NCBI GenBank assembly: GCA_963924565.1 | Contig: OZ004607.1 | Location: 8,308,001 to 8,372,000, forward strand | DNA length: 64,000 bases | DNA from: Ascidiella aspersa | Lineage: Eukaryota | Direction: 5' to 3' | In this document: in pieces, positions 22,636 through 35,043 of the stretch | How positions within the stretch are numbered: the first letter of the stretch is position 1 | Layout: every line of letters begins with the position of its first letter | Position numbers and translations under genes: made by a program | The notes under the pieces: model-generated | The model's input: only the letters and a program-made list of their open reading frames with translations | Databases searched by the model: none | Told to the model about the DNA's origin: nothing

Positions 22636-25600
22636 TCAAAGTTCCTGTGAAACCACCTTGGTTGTCCCACTCTTCTGTGCCTTCATCTGAGCCTGCATTT
22701 GCTGAACCATTTGCTGCATTCGACGAAGCTGTGAATGCGAGAAACGAATAATTGGTTAAAGCTTGTTAAGTAAATGTTTATTAATGAGCAGCACTCTTTA
22801 TGTTATACGACTTTAATTGTGACATTTACCACCTTGTTAACAAAAAGCTTCTTAGTATATTTTTTTATTTTGGAGTATGATAATTTTTTTTTATTAAAGT
22901 AGCTATTTTGCGAAAAAATGCCTACTGTATAAAAACAAATTTAATAAGCCGCCTTGAACCTTGGTATACAAATATCATTCGCAAACAATTTGAACATCGT
23001 TTTACATAACAGAACAGTCTTTTGGAACTAGTGTCGTTAAAAAAATGAAAAAAATATATTCTTGCCTCTGCGTCCTTTTCTTGTAGAGCTCGGTCGCTGG
23101 CATCCATCCTGAAATACAAAGATCAAAGTTATTTTAAGTAATTGCCGCTGCTTTTCTGAAAAGGAGTGTTTTTTGGAAGACTGGTGACATACTTTATAAT
23201 AACATCCTGCTCTCTGAGTAAATAAAAAGCTTGACTGTAGTCGTTAAGAAATGCCTATGCAGTTGGGAACACTACGACTCAAAAAATAGTTACTAATTAG
23301 TGCTGAGATGGACATAAACGGGTCAAAAAAGAGGTTAAGGGTATCTTCATCAGGCAATCAAACTCACGGAATCTCCGGTTCCTTTCCTTGCAGTTTGTTT
23401 GCGCGGAAGTTCTCATAATGCAGATCGTGCGTTACTTCTTGTAAATCCTGCATGTGAGTGCTGAAAAAGAAAATAAAAATAACAAAAAAATAAACCAAGC
23501 AAAAAAAATAAAACAAACTATATTCAATACAAAAAAAATATTTATTTAGGTCAAAAATTTTTTTTTAATTTTTTTTAACTTACATAAGCATGGTTCTAAG
23601 TTTGAGGAAGTCGCAGTGTTCTGGGTTCTCGACCTCAACAACGCCCCAAGGGTAAAGGCGACCTCTAACCTTTTTACCTTTGACCTCAATCATCTGTGTT
23701 GAGCCGACCACAGCAAACGGAATGCTTTCCTGGTAAAGGATAAAAAAAATATTAGGATGAGAAATATAGCGAAAGTTTGGTTATAAATAGGATAAATTTT
23801 GTGAAGTAACAAGAGTTTTATTTAAACATACATTGCCGTGTTTAATTTATTGTTGTTTAAATATATATACTAACTAACTTTTAAAATAGTGAAACACAAA
23901 ACTTCCAAGGTAACATGTTGCAAACTAGGTAAAATTAAAAAAACAATGAAACATTCAATGTTGCATCATTCCAGAAAAAAAACAAGTTTAGCCACAGTGA
24001 GTAGTAATTAAGTGCTAACATTTAGATATTTGTTTTAAATAAACAAAATGTTTATCACAGTAGTGTGCAGTTAGAAAAAAAATAAGCAGATTTACCAAAC
24101 AATATGAAAAATAAATTTTCAATTATGGTTGTTAATTTTAGCTTTCTATTTATCACATTTGAAAGGCTTCCAAGTTTCGGTGCTATTTTCGATGCCCATT
24201 TTCTCCAGTACTGTAAGCAAGTAAAAACTCCAATTGTGAAAATGCAGAATTGGTTCAGGCAAAATACAAAACATTTCTATATGGCTAAAAATAGCCATAA
24301 AATTAAAAATAACATGAACATCTCTGTGATTAATATTGTGGTGATTAATTTGTAAAATTGTTATTTATTGGAATAAATGCCAAATTGCCACAAATAAATT
24401 TAATGTATTTGCTTTATTTGAATAGGCGTGTTGATGTCTAAGTGGCTGGACTGTGAATATAAATGCATATATCTTAAAAAAATAGCTTTAACTTTAAATT
24501 AAAATATTAAACTACAAAAGCAACACAAACTGTACAGTCACATGTCTACAGAAGGTATGCTTCACACCTTTTTTAACCAAGTTTAACACAAAACTGGGTT
24601 ATTTTGTACCACATCTCGATTGGCCAGTATACGGCAACAAATATACACTTGTTATCTCTGTTACATGAACAATCAAGAACTGTAACAGTTTTTTTTATAC
24701 CAAACAAAGCCTTTACCTCTTCCTTTTACCAAGTTTCCATTTTCGAGTATATAACACATTTTAAATAAAAATAGAAAGTAAACAGCGACAATTTATTTTC
24801 ATATATCTACTTTAAACCACATTTATTTGAATATAGCAAAAGCGATTCTAAAAACTAAAACTTAACCACACTTTATGATAAGTCAGACTACAAAAACAAA
24901 CTATTAAACTATTGAATAAATATATTAAGAGTTAATTTTAATTATATAGTACTATGTAACCCTTATATTAAGATGACATGTTTTGCATTCCAAGTAATGC
25001 TTTATCTATAAGTAGCTGCTTGAATAATACAGATTTGTATACGACCCGCCATATCAATTTGCACTGTGATTTTTTAAGAATCGTTATTAAAACAACACTG
25101 TGTATAGGGTATATATATTAATAATAGGAATTAAGAGATAGTTCAATGGTATTGACAGTAGTGATAAAACTCAACAATAGTAGCTGCAAATTTTAATAAT
25201 TATTTGAGTCAGGCAATTGCAAAAGATTTGGCAAGCTCGAAGTTTTCGATGCCAATAAAGCAAATTGACAATTCCTGAGAAGATTACATATAGGCAAAAA
25301 CGCTGATTTATCATGTATTATAAGCAGGGCCATTTTTATTTTAACCTAAAAAAAATTTTTTTTCTTTAACGAAATTGCTTGTTTGTAGAGGCCACAGTTC
25401 TTCCTTGAGTTGATGCCAGTTACCCAAACATAATATTCTGTCGATTTCAGACCCAAACGTAATATTTTGTCGCAAAGTCAAGGTGTTTTATGGATTATAA
25501 AAAGTGCATCGGTTTTTTGGCGATAGATTTAGCTTGCTTAGGCATTTTTGTATTACAGAATGTCAGTAGGCTATTTCTAAAATCCAAATTGTTGATCTTC

Positions 25601-28600
25601 GAAAAGACCACGTTTATGAAGATAAAGTGTTTTATAAGATGTATTTAAATACGTAACATAACAATAAATAAAAAAATGGACAATTTGCGATAAAATTTAC
25701 CGCTGATCCATGTGGGAATTGTGACATATTGCCTGCTTTTATGGGTTACAATTTGCAATGCTTCCACAACGATTTTTACAAAAAATACTCTCAAGAAACA
25801 CAAAAACTTTGTCAAAAGGCATAATTTCACAAATTTTGACTTTATTAGAAAATTTTAACTTCATTGTAACTTTATTTTGACCTATAAACTTCTTAGAAAC
25901 AGTCCCCTAGGCGCTGAAAACAACTTTATTCTTTGATTCGTGGACAGACGAGGTCCTTAAATATTTTTAACTTTATTGACTTTTGCGGGCCCTAATTATA
26001 AGAGAGGTATTTTGCCAGTAGGATTGAAAATATGAAACTGAGTTATTATTACACAAAATAAAGCATTGTATATAATAACTAGGTATACTAAAAAAAATTG
26101 CCCCAGACTGCTAGTTGTTTGTTTTGCACATGTCTAGATGGTAGAGCACAAAAAACACTCAACATATTATTAAATATATGCTAGCTCAATTGACAATCAA
26201 TTTAAATTCCCAGTCTGCTAGTTTTAAACTATACAGGTAAAATACAATGTCACGAGCAATCCTCATTTACAAACTTTAAACAAAATTTGTTGCAAACAAT
26301 TTTTTTTTATAGTTTAGATAGGAACTTACCCGGAGCAATCTCGTTTGTTCCTTGAAGTCCTCATCCTCATCATCATCTGCATCCGGAAGCTGGTAGATCT
26401 GGATGCCGCTCATGGCGATCTCTTCCAGGATTCGTTTCTTCAGCTTCTTCACCTCGGGAATTGTCAGCGTGTCGGCTTTTGAGATCACTGGCACTATGTT
26501 GACCTTGTTGTGCAAGGCCTGCATGAACTCAATGTCGAGTGGTCGCAACCTTTAAAGACACAAAATGGGGTTTATTTTTGTCTATAAACATAATTAAAAT
26601 ATTTGTTTTCTCATAACTACAACAGTACATGTAACACAATTTTGACCTTTTTATTAGTTAACAATCTGTGTTTCATACAGTGCGATGACAATTTGATTTT
26701 TTGCAATTTTTGTTTGAATTTTTATTTCAGAAGCAACCTAAGTCTAGTTCACAATCTTGTAGTAAAACAAAATACATACATGGCTTGTAAACAGTTACAA
26801 TAAAAATATTTCAGTTGGCTTAAACAGTGAGAATTTTATGATCAAGAAAAGAAAGCGATCTCCTCACATTATCTAAAATGCACTAAACAACTTTGGTTTA
26901 CTTTTTTATGAAAACTGTTAGTACATTGACATACTTGGAAAAGGTTGATTCCACTTGAATAAACATTTTATTAGGTTTGTATTGGAAGAGCAAACTACCT
27001 ACCCATGGCCAGTTGACGACACAAAGTAGAAGCAGCAGTGGACTCGATTGTCGATGATGTGTCGTCTGTTCAGTCCACTTTCATCATGCAAGTAGCGCTC
27101 AAACTGGTCGTCTATGTACTGGATGATTGGCTTGTAACTGTGATGCAAAACAAAATAGTATGGTACAGCACTTACATTTGATTTCACACATTGTAAGTTT
27201 TTTTGGTCTAAAAATTCTGCTTTTTTTAACACACTCATTTTGTGATCAGATACAAAAAAGAGAGAAAAAATTAAAAAAAGCTAAATGACACAACAGGATT
27301 TAATTTTCGTTATTTAGCAAGAATTTAGTTGTGAGCCAGTGACGAACAAAGTTTTAAAGTTTTTGTTAAGAAATTTATTAATACATATATTCAAACGCAA
27401 TTAGTCAACTTAATAAGAAATTAACTAACGTCAATTAAGTTGGTGGCAAAACTTTAACTAATAGCTTAATTGGTTTGCATCCATTGCCAACAGCCATATT
27501 TTTATAAGTGCTTTAAAATTTGCACCTTAAAGAGTATATACAGTAGGTGAACCACAGTTTATGGGTGCCATAAACACCAGCCATTACTCACCAGTCTGAA
27601 CAGTTTATGGCATCCCCGTAGCCTGGGGTGTCGACAACAGTCAGTCGAAGTTTAACGCCCCTCTCTTCGATTTCAACCGTGCTGGCATCGATTTTCACCG
27701 TCTGCTTTACTTTGTTCGCCGCAGTGGGAACCTCACGCTCAGGGTACAAGTCGGTCAAGAAGAGACTGTTTACTAGGGTGGACTTGCCAAGGCCAGACTC
27801 ACCTTAATACAAATGGGTAACATATAACCTAATAGGCCATGTTTCCTGTTTACCCTCATTTTTAGGATTTGTACCGTCTGACTTATTGTTACATTGCTAT
27901 GTCATTATTTTATATTAAAGTGGGAATAAACAAACGTTGGCTTAACAATGATATTAACAAAAGGGGTGTCGAAAATGGAAGGGGCTTTGAATCTTAATTT
28001 TAGAAAGAATATTCTCTTTTTTAATACATCGGTCTAAATTATTATACTTTAAATGTAATCCTTCTTTATATATAGGCAGGCTTAAGCTTATAGGCAAACA
28101 TTTTAATTGCAAATTTGCTAGGAATAAAAAATCTGCTTTGTTCCTATACAAAAAGAAATTAGGAAATTCAGATTTTTTACATTCTACAAATTATTTACTA
28201 TCATAAACTCAGCACATGAATGTATTGCGTGACTGGTGATCATCTAAGGCAGTGGTTCTCAAATTTTTTAGCTCACGGACCGGTAAAATTTAAAAACAAA
28301 ATTCGCGGACCGGTGAACCTTTTGCAAAGAATGAAAATTTTATTTAATGAGCAATTGCTGTTGTCTTTTTTATAACATACGTGTTATACGTGTTTTTATT
28401 GAAGTTTTTTTACATACAACTGATCCTAAAGTTGACTTAAACCAGCCAAAACTTTATGTTACGTCACAATGCTGCAAATTACGCATCTGGCGAAGTTCTA
28501 AATTTGATGCAACTTGATTCAAATTGTCCGGAAGGTTTGTCCGCGAACCGGCGGTTGACCAACCACTGATCTATAGAAATTGTACATACAAGATAGGAGT

Positions 28601-31600
28601 TTAAATCAACACACCTGCCACCATGAGGGTGAACTCGAATCCTTTCTTCACAGATTTTCTGTGCACTTGGTTGGGCAGGTTCGCAAACCCCACATAACCA
28701 GGGGTCTCTGGGTTTGTGAACTGGAAAATTAGTTAGCACATTTCAGCATTGGTAAAAAACTTTTCTAACTACTTGAAGACTGATTGAAACGTTTTTGTTA
28801 ACAAGTACCAAACAACATTTTTTATGATTGTTTTGTGGTTATTTTATTGAAAGGCAGCGTATGCTTTGAGAGGTTTAATACAGCATCTCACTTTACCAAA
28901 ATTGCATTTAAAAATCCCAAAACTATAAAAACACTACACAAATTAGTAATTAATTAGGATACCCTATTTCCTTGTTTTAAAATTGCTTAAGACTATGGTT
29001 GCAATTCATTCCCAAAAATGGCTACTGAAATACCAGTTTAGACAATCTAACGACTCCCTACAGGGGAGACCACAGCACAGCAATGTGAATGAGTGATACT
29101 GTGGAGTACTTATGCAAGGGCTGTGATAAACAGTGAAAAAGTAATGCATTTTGACAATACCAAGCATTTAATCAGCAACATTAGCATTCTTGGTATATAT
29201 TTACATGATACTCCAACCTCCTCTGTAAAAAGTGATTTTTTTTAAGTTTGTCTGGCCTTAAATGTTATGAAATGATTCCAACTGACAATCCATTGGCATT
29301 CTTGCATTCACACATGTATATTATAATTAAACTTGTAAAATACATGAATGTATTGTGATATGTTTATGTTAATTGTTGGTTAAACATAATTTCCTGTATG
29401 CAACAATAGAAAATACCACGTAAGTGTAAATTTCAGCACTTAATTTAACAAGAAATAAAAATTACAAAATAAAATTGGATTTTACTTCACATAAAACACA
29501 GGATTATTTTGTCAGTGGCATGACATTAGTATGGTTTTAGAAAGCAGCTGCAGTATACAAAAGATTCCAATAAAATAAGTAAACTTTCAGGAAATTGAAA
29601 AGTGGGTAAAAGAAAGTGCTGCTGAAAGCATTCATGCATTGAGTTCATACAAAGGCAACAAAACATTGACCATGCAAAAAAATTATGCAGAAAAAGTGAC
29701 TTATCCATATCCTTGACCAATTCATTAACTCGTCAGTTATTGAATTTTAACACAGTTTGACATACAGCACCAATTCATGCACCCAGGCAATAGTTGCAAA
29801 TGTTTATTTATAAGCCTACAGGAAATATTTGTATATATGTATTATTTTCCATGTTTAAAACAAAAGAGGCGCCCTATTGTATTTGTTTTTTGTTGCCGTT
29901 AAGGTGACCAACCTTAAATTTTACTTGCTCTTCACGATCTTTCGGAATTGGGCTCGAGTAACCCTCATATTTCTTTCGAATTTCAGATGCATTGTACTGG
30001 TCAAGGAGAAATCAAAAAATCAGTGCAGAAAAAAAAGGCACAAAAGAAAGAAAAAAGCAAAACAAGAAGATTTCACACAAAAGGATATATCGCTACAATG
30101 ATAAATTCAGCATATTTAAGGCTTTAAAGCGATGAGAAACAAAACTAAGTCCAGGAGCCCTTTCCAGTCACACAATTTTGTTTTTTCTTAAATAAAAAAT
30201 ATTCTAAAATGTTACCAAACAATAAGAAATCGCATTCCATGTTTGTAAATTTAATTTTTTTTTTTTTGGTTAAAAAAACACACATTTAAAGAGTTTCAAT
30301 GAGGTTACATAATACACTGTCCTAGTCATTATTTTACAAATCACATTTTATCACTACAATTTTAAGGAAAGGTTCCAGGATTCTAATTCTTGCATAAAAT
30401 ATATTTTCTAGCAACTCTATATGATGACCATATGTTAGATTGTTACATGAAATAAAGCTGATAATATGCTGCAAGAAAAAATACAATATATATATATATA
30501 AATATATGAACAGGGTTTTCACTATACTTTACTCAGTAGGCTTCAACAGATTGTGGTTTATAGTGATACCCTAAGTTTATTCATTTTGAATACTAGAGTT
30601 TTATATATTTATTTGGCCTCTGCAAGGTGCAAACAAGGCAATTTGAATCAAGTAAAATGTTTTATTATTTGGGCTTTCTTTTGAACTTTCATGTTCTGAA
30701 AACAAGCTATTTAAGCTTTGTGAAATCATTGTATTTAAGTGCATTGTTTTATTAACTATAGGTTACGGCTTTTTTATTAATTAACTTTATATATTTAAAA
30801 CTAATAGTATGACATGCAAATGGTGGTGTTTAAACAAGATTTTTTTGCTAAAAAATAAAACTAATTACTACTTATGCAGGGTTTTCTTAAGACCAAACAA
30901 GCCAACACAAAATTATAAACATGTCATGCAGAATAGCTTCATGTAAAAAATTAACTTTAAAATAAATATTCCTAAACATTTAAATGTGAATTGTGAACTG
31001 TGAGCGCTTTAGAAAACTCAAACCTTTCACCAAGTGCAAACCAATCAGCCAAGTGCATAATTAGAATGTATTAATAATAAATTGAAACAAACTCACCTTT
31101 GGGTCTGTCAGCACAAAAACATGAAAAGTAAAAACATGTTAGCGTTAATTTTAAAATATACATTAAGCTGCAACGTGGAGTATTCTTAAACTAAAAACCT
31201 TGTAAGCAGACGTTAACAGTTAATTTATGCAACTTGAGGTGTTTCTTCAAAGAAGAAGTATTGTTGTATTTCTATTAAATGCTAGGCATTATTATATTTT
31301 GGTAGAGGATGCATACGAAAAATTGAGAAATCTTGTTGTTGCACTTACAAATAGTGCATCTTAGAAAACAACAGTACAACCCAATCAGTGCAGCCACGAG
31401 TCACCCACACAAAACTTAAGAAAAGACACACTGGAAATCTGGAAACTTTACATTAATACCGTTGTTGACACAAATAGAAACAAAACCTCTGTTGAAGGCA
31501 GGCTAATGAAATAGAATTAGGAACAATAAACGTATAGAATTAAAAACAATAATTGGCAAATAAGTAAAGTTACAGAAAGGCAAAACCTTTAATAACTATG

Positions 31601-32258
31601 AAACTTTTCACAGGCAAAGGTTAACGACAGTCAAAAATAAATTTACTGGAATAGCAATCAACACTTCAGAAGACAGGAGTTGGAAAAAATGAAATGCAAA
31701 GCAAACCTTACACACCTGTCATTTCTTCTCTTCGTAAAGGTTTACCGCTGACGTTTTTGCGTCGGATAATCTGGGCTACGTAATCTAATCCGAGCAATGA
31801 AAAACCCTAAGTTTACTGCAAATCCTTGCAAGACTGGAAAAGTTATTTTAAGTGTCAAAACGGTGTTTACAAATTTACTTCAAGTCGTTAATGTAAGTTG
31901 ATACTTTCGCGAACTACACCCTTCTGCTAGACGCACTGGCGCGTGACTCAGTTGGATGTTTTCACAGTCAGTCGGGGAGTGTGTCATTTCCTTTAAAAGT
32001 TTAGAACGGAACGGTTTGAATAGCTTTGTTTTTATGTAATAATTCCAAACGTTTAACTTTACACAGTGTATTAAATTATATTTAGTTAGGTCAAAGTTCA
32101 AGAAACAACAGTTCAATTCAGCCGAAAATTCTACATTAGATTATTTCAGTACAAACACTTATAGGCTACAGGAGCTTTTTTAACTTACCTGGCGCAAGTT
32201 GCGAAATGATCCTCGCATTTTTCCTGATGGAGCGGTGCCTTTCAAGTTGCTTAGACAT
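22636..32258 (-). CDS. SEPTIN2: Septin, SEPT2 group (septin-2-like), complete with alternative 5' exons
   Basis: Core exons 28615-28720, 27592-27802, 27003-27137, 26330-26549, 23584-23729, 23368-23460, 23066-23108 (GC donor), 22636-22728. 5' exons 32189-32258 or 31716-31722, plus microexon 31097-31104 and optional 29913-29996. [86 protein letters not shown] and EKDAELRRMQ closely match recalled vertebrate SEPT2. Confidence 0.95.
28250..28568. mobile_element. hAT-type MITE (CAGTGGTTCTCAA..GTTGACCAACCACTG)
   Basis: TIRs, CGGACCGG subterminal repeats, degenerate 8-bp TSD ATCTAAGG/ATCTATAG. Confidence 0.8.
29913..29996 (-). CDS. Putative 84-nt cassette exon of septin ([28 protein letters not shown])
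   Basis: Long pyrimidine tract + CCAG acceptor, open phase 0-0 frame, AAG|GTTGGT donor. Confidence 0.65.
31097..31104 (-). CDS. Putative 8-nt microexon of septin (ACCCAAAG)
   Basis: TTTTCATGTTTTTGTGCTGACAG|ACCCAAAG|GTGAGT; converts the phase-1 first exons to the phase-0 core exon. Confidence 0.75.
31716..31722 (-). CDS. Putative alternative first coding exon of septin (ATG ACA G)
   Basis: GAAATGACAG|GTGTGT; with the microexon gives [13 protein letters not shown]. Confidence 0.55.
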
Positions 32259-33820
32259 AGCTTATTCCCGGTGGTAATAAAACGCCAGAGTCAAATAAAA
32301 AAGCTACGCACGGGCGACGGAATGTTGCCGCGAGCCTTGTATATCCGAGTAGCCTTTCCTTCGCTATAAGATATGGAAATGCTCAACAGATTACAGACGC
32401 CTATTGCCGCGTACCTGTAAATTCAATGGAAAAAAAGCGTCTTCGCATCCGCCCGCGCAACGTTCAATAACATAACTAGCGCCTTCACCAGTTTTAGCCT
32501 ATCTCTCCAGCGACAAGAAATGAATCAATTCAGCTGCGTTGGTTAATTTTACCATTCATGCTAGTTGGCGTTTTCTTTTGCGGATCGCAGCTGACTGACT
32601 AACAATAATGTCAGGGTATCGCTACATGCTACAATAACCAAATGCTTCGCATCTCATCACGAACAGTTAAACGCGTTTTATCGCAGTAGGTTGAAGCGGC
32701 ACCGGCGAACTTTAACAATCGTGTAGATGTTTGCATACACCGCACTTCAGCTAGACTCCCTTTCCGCTGTTTTGAGGCCCAACTTTATAACCTGACAGCA
32801 GTGACAGGTGCTGCTGCTGCCGCCTCAAGTCGAAAGCAGACGTCCGCGCCCTTGTCTATTGTAGTTTTATTCGGTTCGGTTATTATGTTACACTTTGGGG
32901 AAATTGCCGGCGTCATTAGTCTGGCGTTCTAACCGCTGCTGGCCGCTCTATCTTGCCTGCCTTCATCGTCACAGTCAGGTCACGAATGGAGCCCGACACT
33001 GCGAGATGTTAGTTGTAAGTAAGACAACGCACACCCAGGGAAGCGCGATTGTGTTTGGACAAACAATAATGTGGCGATGACGTATAGCGTGCCAATACTC
33101 CGGTTTGAAGTGTATATTTTCTCTTTACTGTTCTGTCTGCGAAGGTCGATTAACGCTCTGTTTGCAGATAAGGTAAGTTGAATCAAGTTTTCCTGGCGAT
33201 GCTACAAAAGATCAGCTTACGCGAGCACAGCAAAAAGCGTTGGGCCACTTTTTTCAGCCAGCCCTTTGTCCACTGTTTGTCCAGTTTACATCCTCGCCGT
33301 TAAATCAATTGTCCCTTTGTCCACTCCGTTCGTTTTGAAGTAGCTGTGTTAACAGGCCTTATGCTACGCTATCTCAATCCGATATCAATCGACATATTAG
33401 CTCAATCCGCACAGCTTTACAGAGATAACCTTAACGGTTTAGGAGAGAAGGGGCTCGGTGTGGTTATTACGTCATGCCTCTTTTTATCCACTTGGTTAAC
33501 TTTCGTGTGCTGTTGTTCTTACCGAAAGGTTAGGCACCTATCTTTGACACGCACAAAAATACATGTTACTGGATAAAGCGTTTACTATCACCGTATAGGA
33601 CGCATGCATTCAGCATACTGCGATCGCAACAATCATTTTAGACTTCACACAATTACTTTGTTGGCTGCCATATTTCTACATGCTTTAATACTTCTGTTAA
33701 AGATTAATTTTAAAACAGTGCTTTTACTAAATATCCTTCCATGTCGTAAAATGTGTATAATTTTAGAAACCAGTCTTAAGTTTCCATTAAGACAATAGGA
33801 AGGCTATAAGTTCAATAGAT

Positions 33821-34088
33821 CAGTTCTTAACCTGGGGTCCACGGACCTCTTTGGGAGTTCGTGGACTAGTTTTAGGAGATCCATTACGGTCCAATTCATT
33901 CTTAGCATGGAAATTATAAATAGAATACATTTTTTAAACTTTAATTAAAAACACTTCTTCTAAATGTTCTTCAGTCTTCATTGAATTTCACATTTGTCGG
34001 ACCGAAAACAGCGGGGTTCTAAGTATATTTGTTTTACAATTTATGATGTAATATTGAAAAAATCTTGAAAAAAGTTTGAGAACCCCTC
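33821..34088. mobile_element. Degenerate hAT MITE (same family as 12389)
   Basis: CAGTTCTTAACCTGGGGTCCACGGACC..GTTTGAGAACCCCTC; flanks CAATAGAT/CTATAGAT. Confidence 0.7.
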
Positions 34089-35043
34089 CTATAGATGGCC
34101 TACATTTGCAGTGAAGGATCATATTTGATACCAAGGCTACATTCTTTGTAGACACAAAATATACGGGACTTTCAAATCAGGTACAAAGCAAGCCAGTTTG
34201 AGTATAAAAATGCGATTTCCTCATTTATTCCGACAAGACCAAGCAAACGCGACACAAAAACGGTTTGATTAAGTGTGGATAGATTAAAGATGTGGAACAA
34301 ATTGTAGCGAGCCAGGGAAGAGTGTAAATGAGTGAAGTTAGTTGCGTTTTAAACGAGACGTGGCGAAATGGGGAAATGAGACATCCAGTGGCGTCCGACA
34401 ACACTGTAAAGTGCGAAACAACAATGGTCATTGTGGAGCAAGAGGCGATTGGTCAGTTTACATTTCCACTCGAAAGCGTTCGACCTAACATTTATTAGAG
34501 CACTCGAAAAATCAGCCGTCACTTCTCGCAGTGTCCCTTTCGTGACCTAATCGCACCTCGATGACAAAATAGGAAGCCAAATGTTTTTCAAAGCAAACAT
34601 ACAGAGAGAGAGAACCATGAAACAGCGCCAGTTTAATGATCGTACATTGGCGATATTGGCGACATTTGAGGTTTCGCGAGATTTAATTTTAAGAAATAAC
34701 ACAAATTTTTAAAATATGTATATCCTCGTTAACAGAAAAACAACTTAACTTTAAGCAATTTGCCTTCACACACAAAACTCACTCTTTTTAGATGTGTTTT
34801 CTTCCAGTCCAGTCGTTCACCAGATACCGGCAAACAACATTAAAGTTCACAACCACAAAAACAAGATTTCAAAACGCGATTAGTTATATCGTTTACTGGA
34901 CAAAAATAACCACGGCAGATCACATCCAAGCAAAAGTACAACGCGTTCTTGCGTATCGCCGCCCTAAACCTCGAGTGCGGGCCTCTGCCGATTCGGCTTT
35001 CTGATGAGCGTTTTTTTGACATGCGTCGTTTTGCGCACTGACG

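Noticed and set aside
23311-23356. Minus-strand CCTGATGAAGA similar to the hammerhead family start
   Set aside because: No downstream GAAAC/helix I partner.
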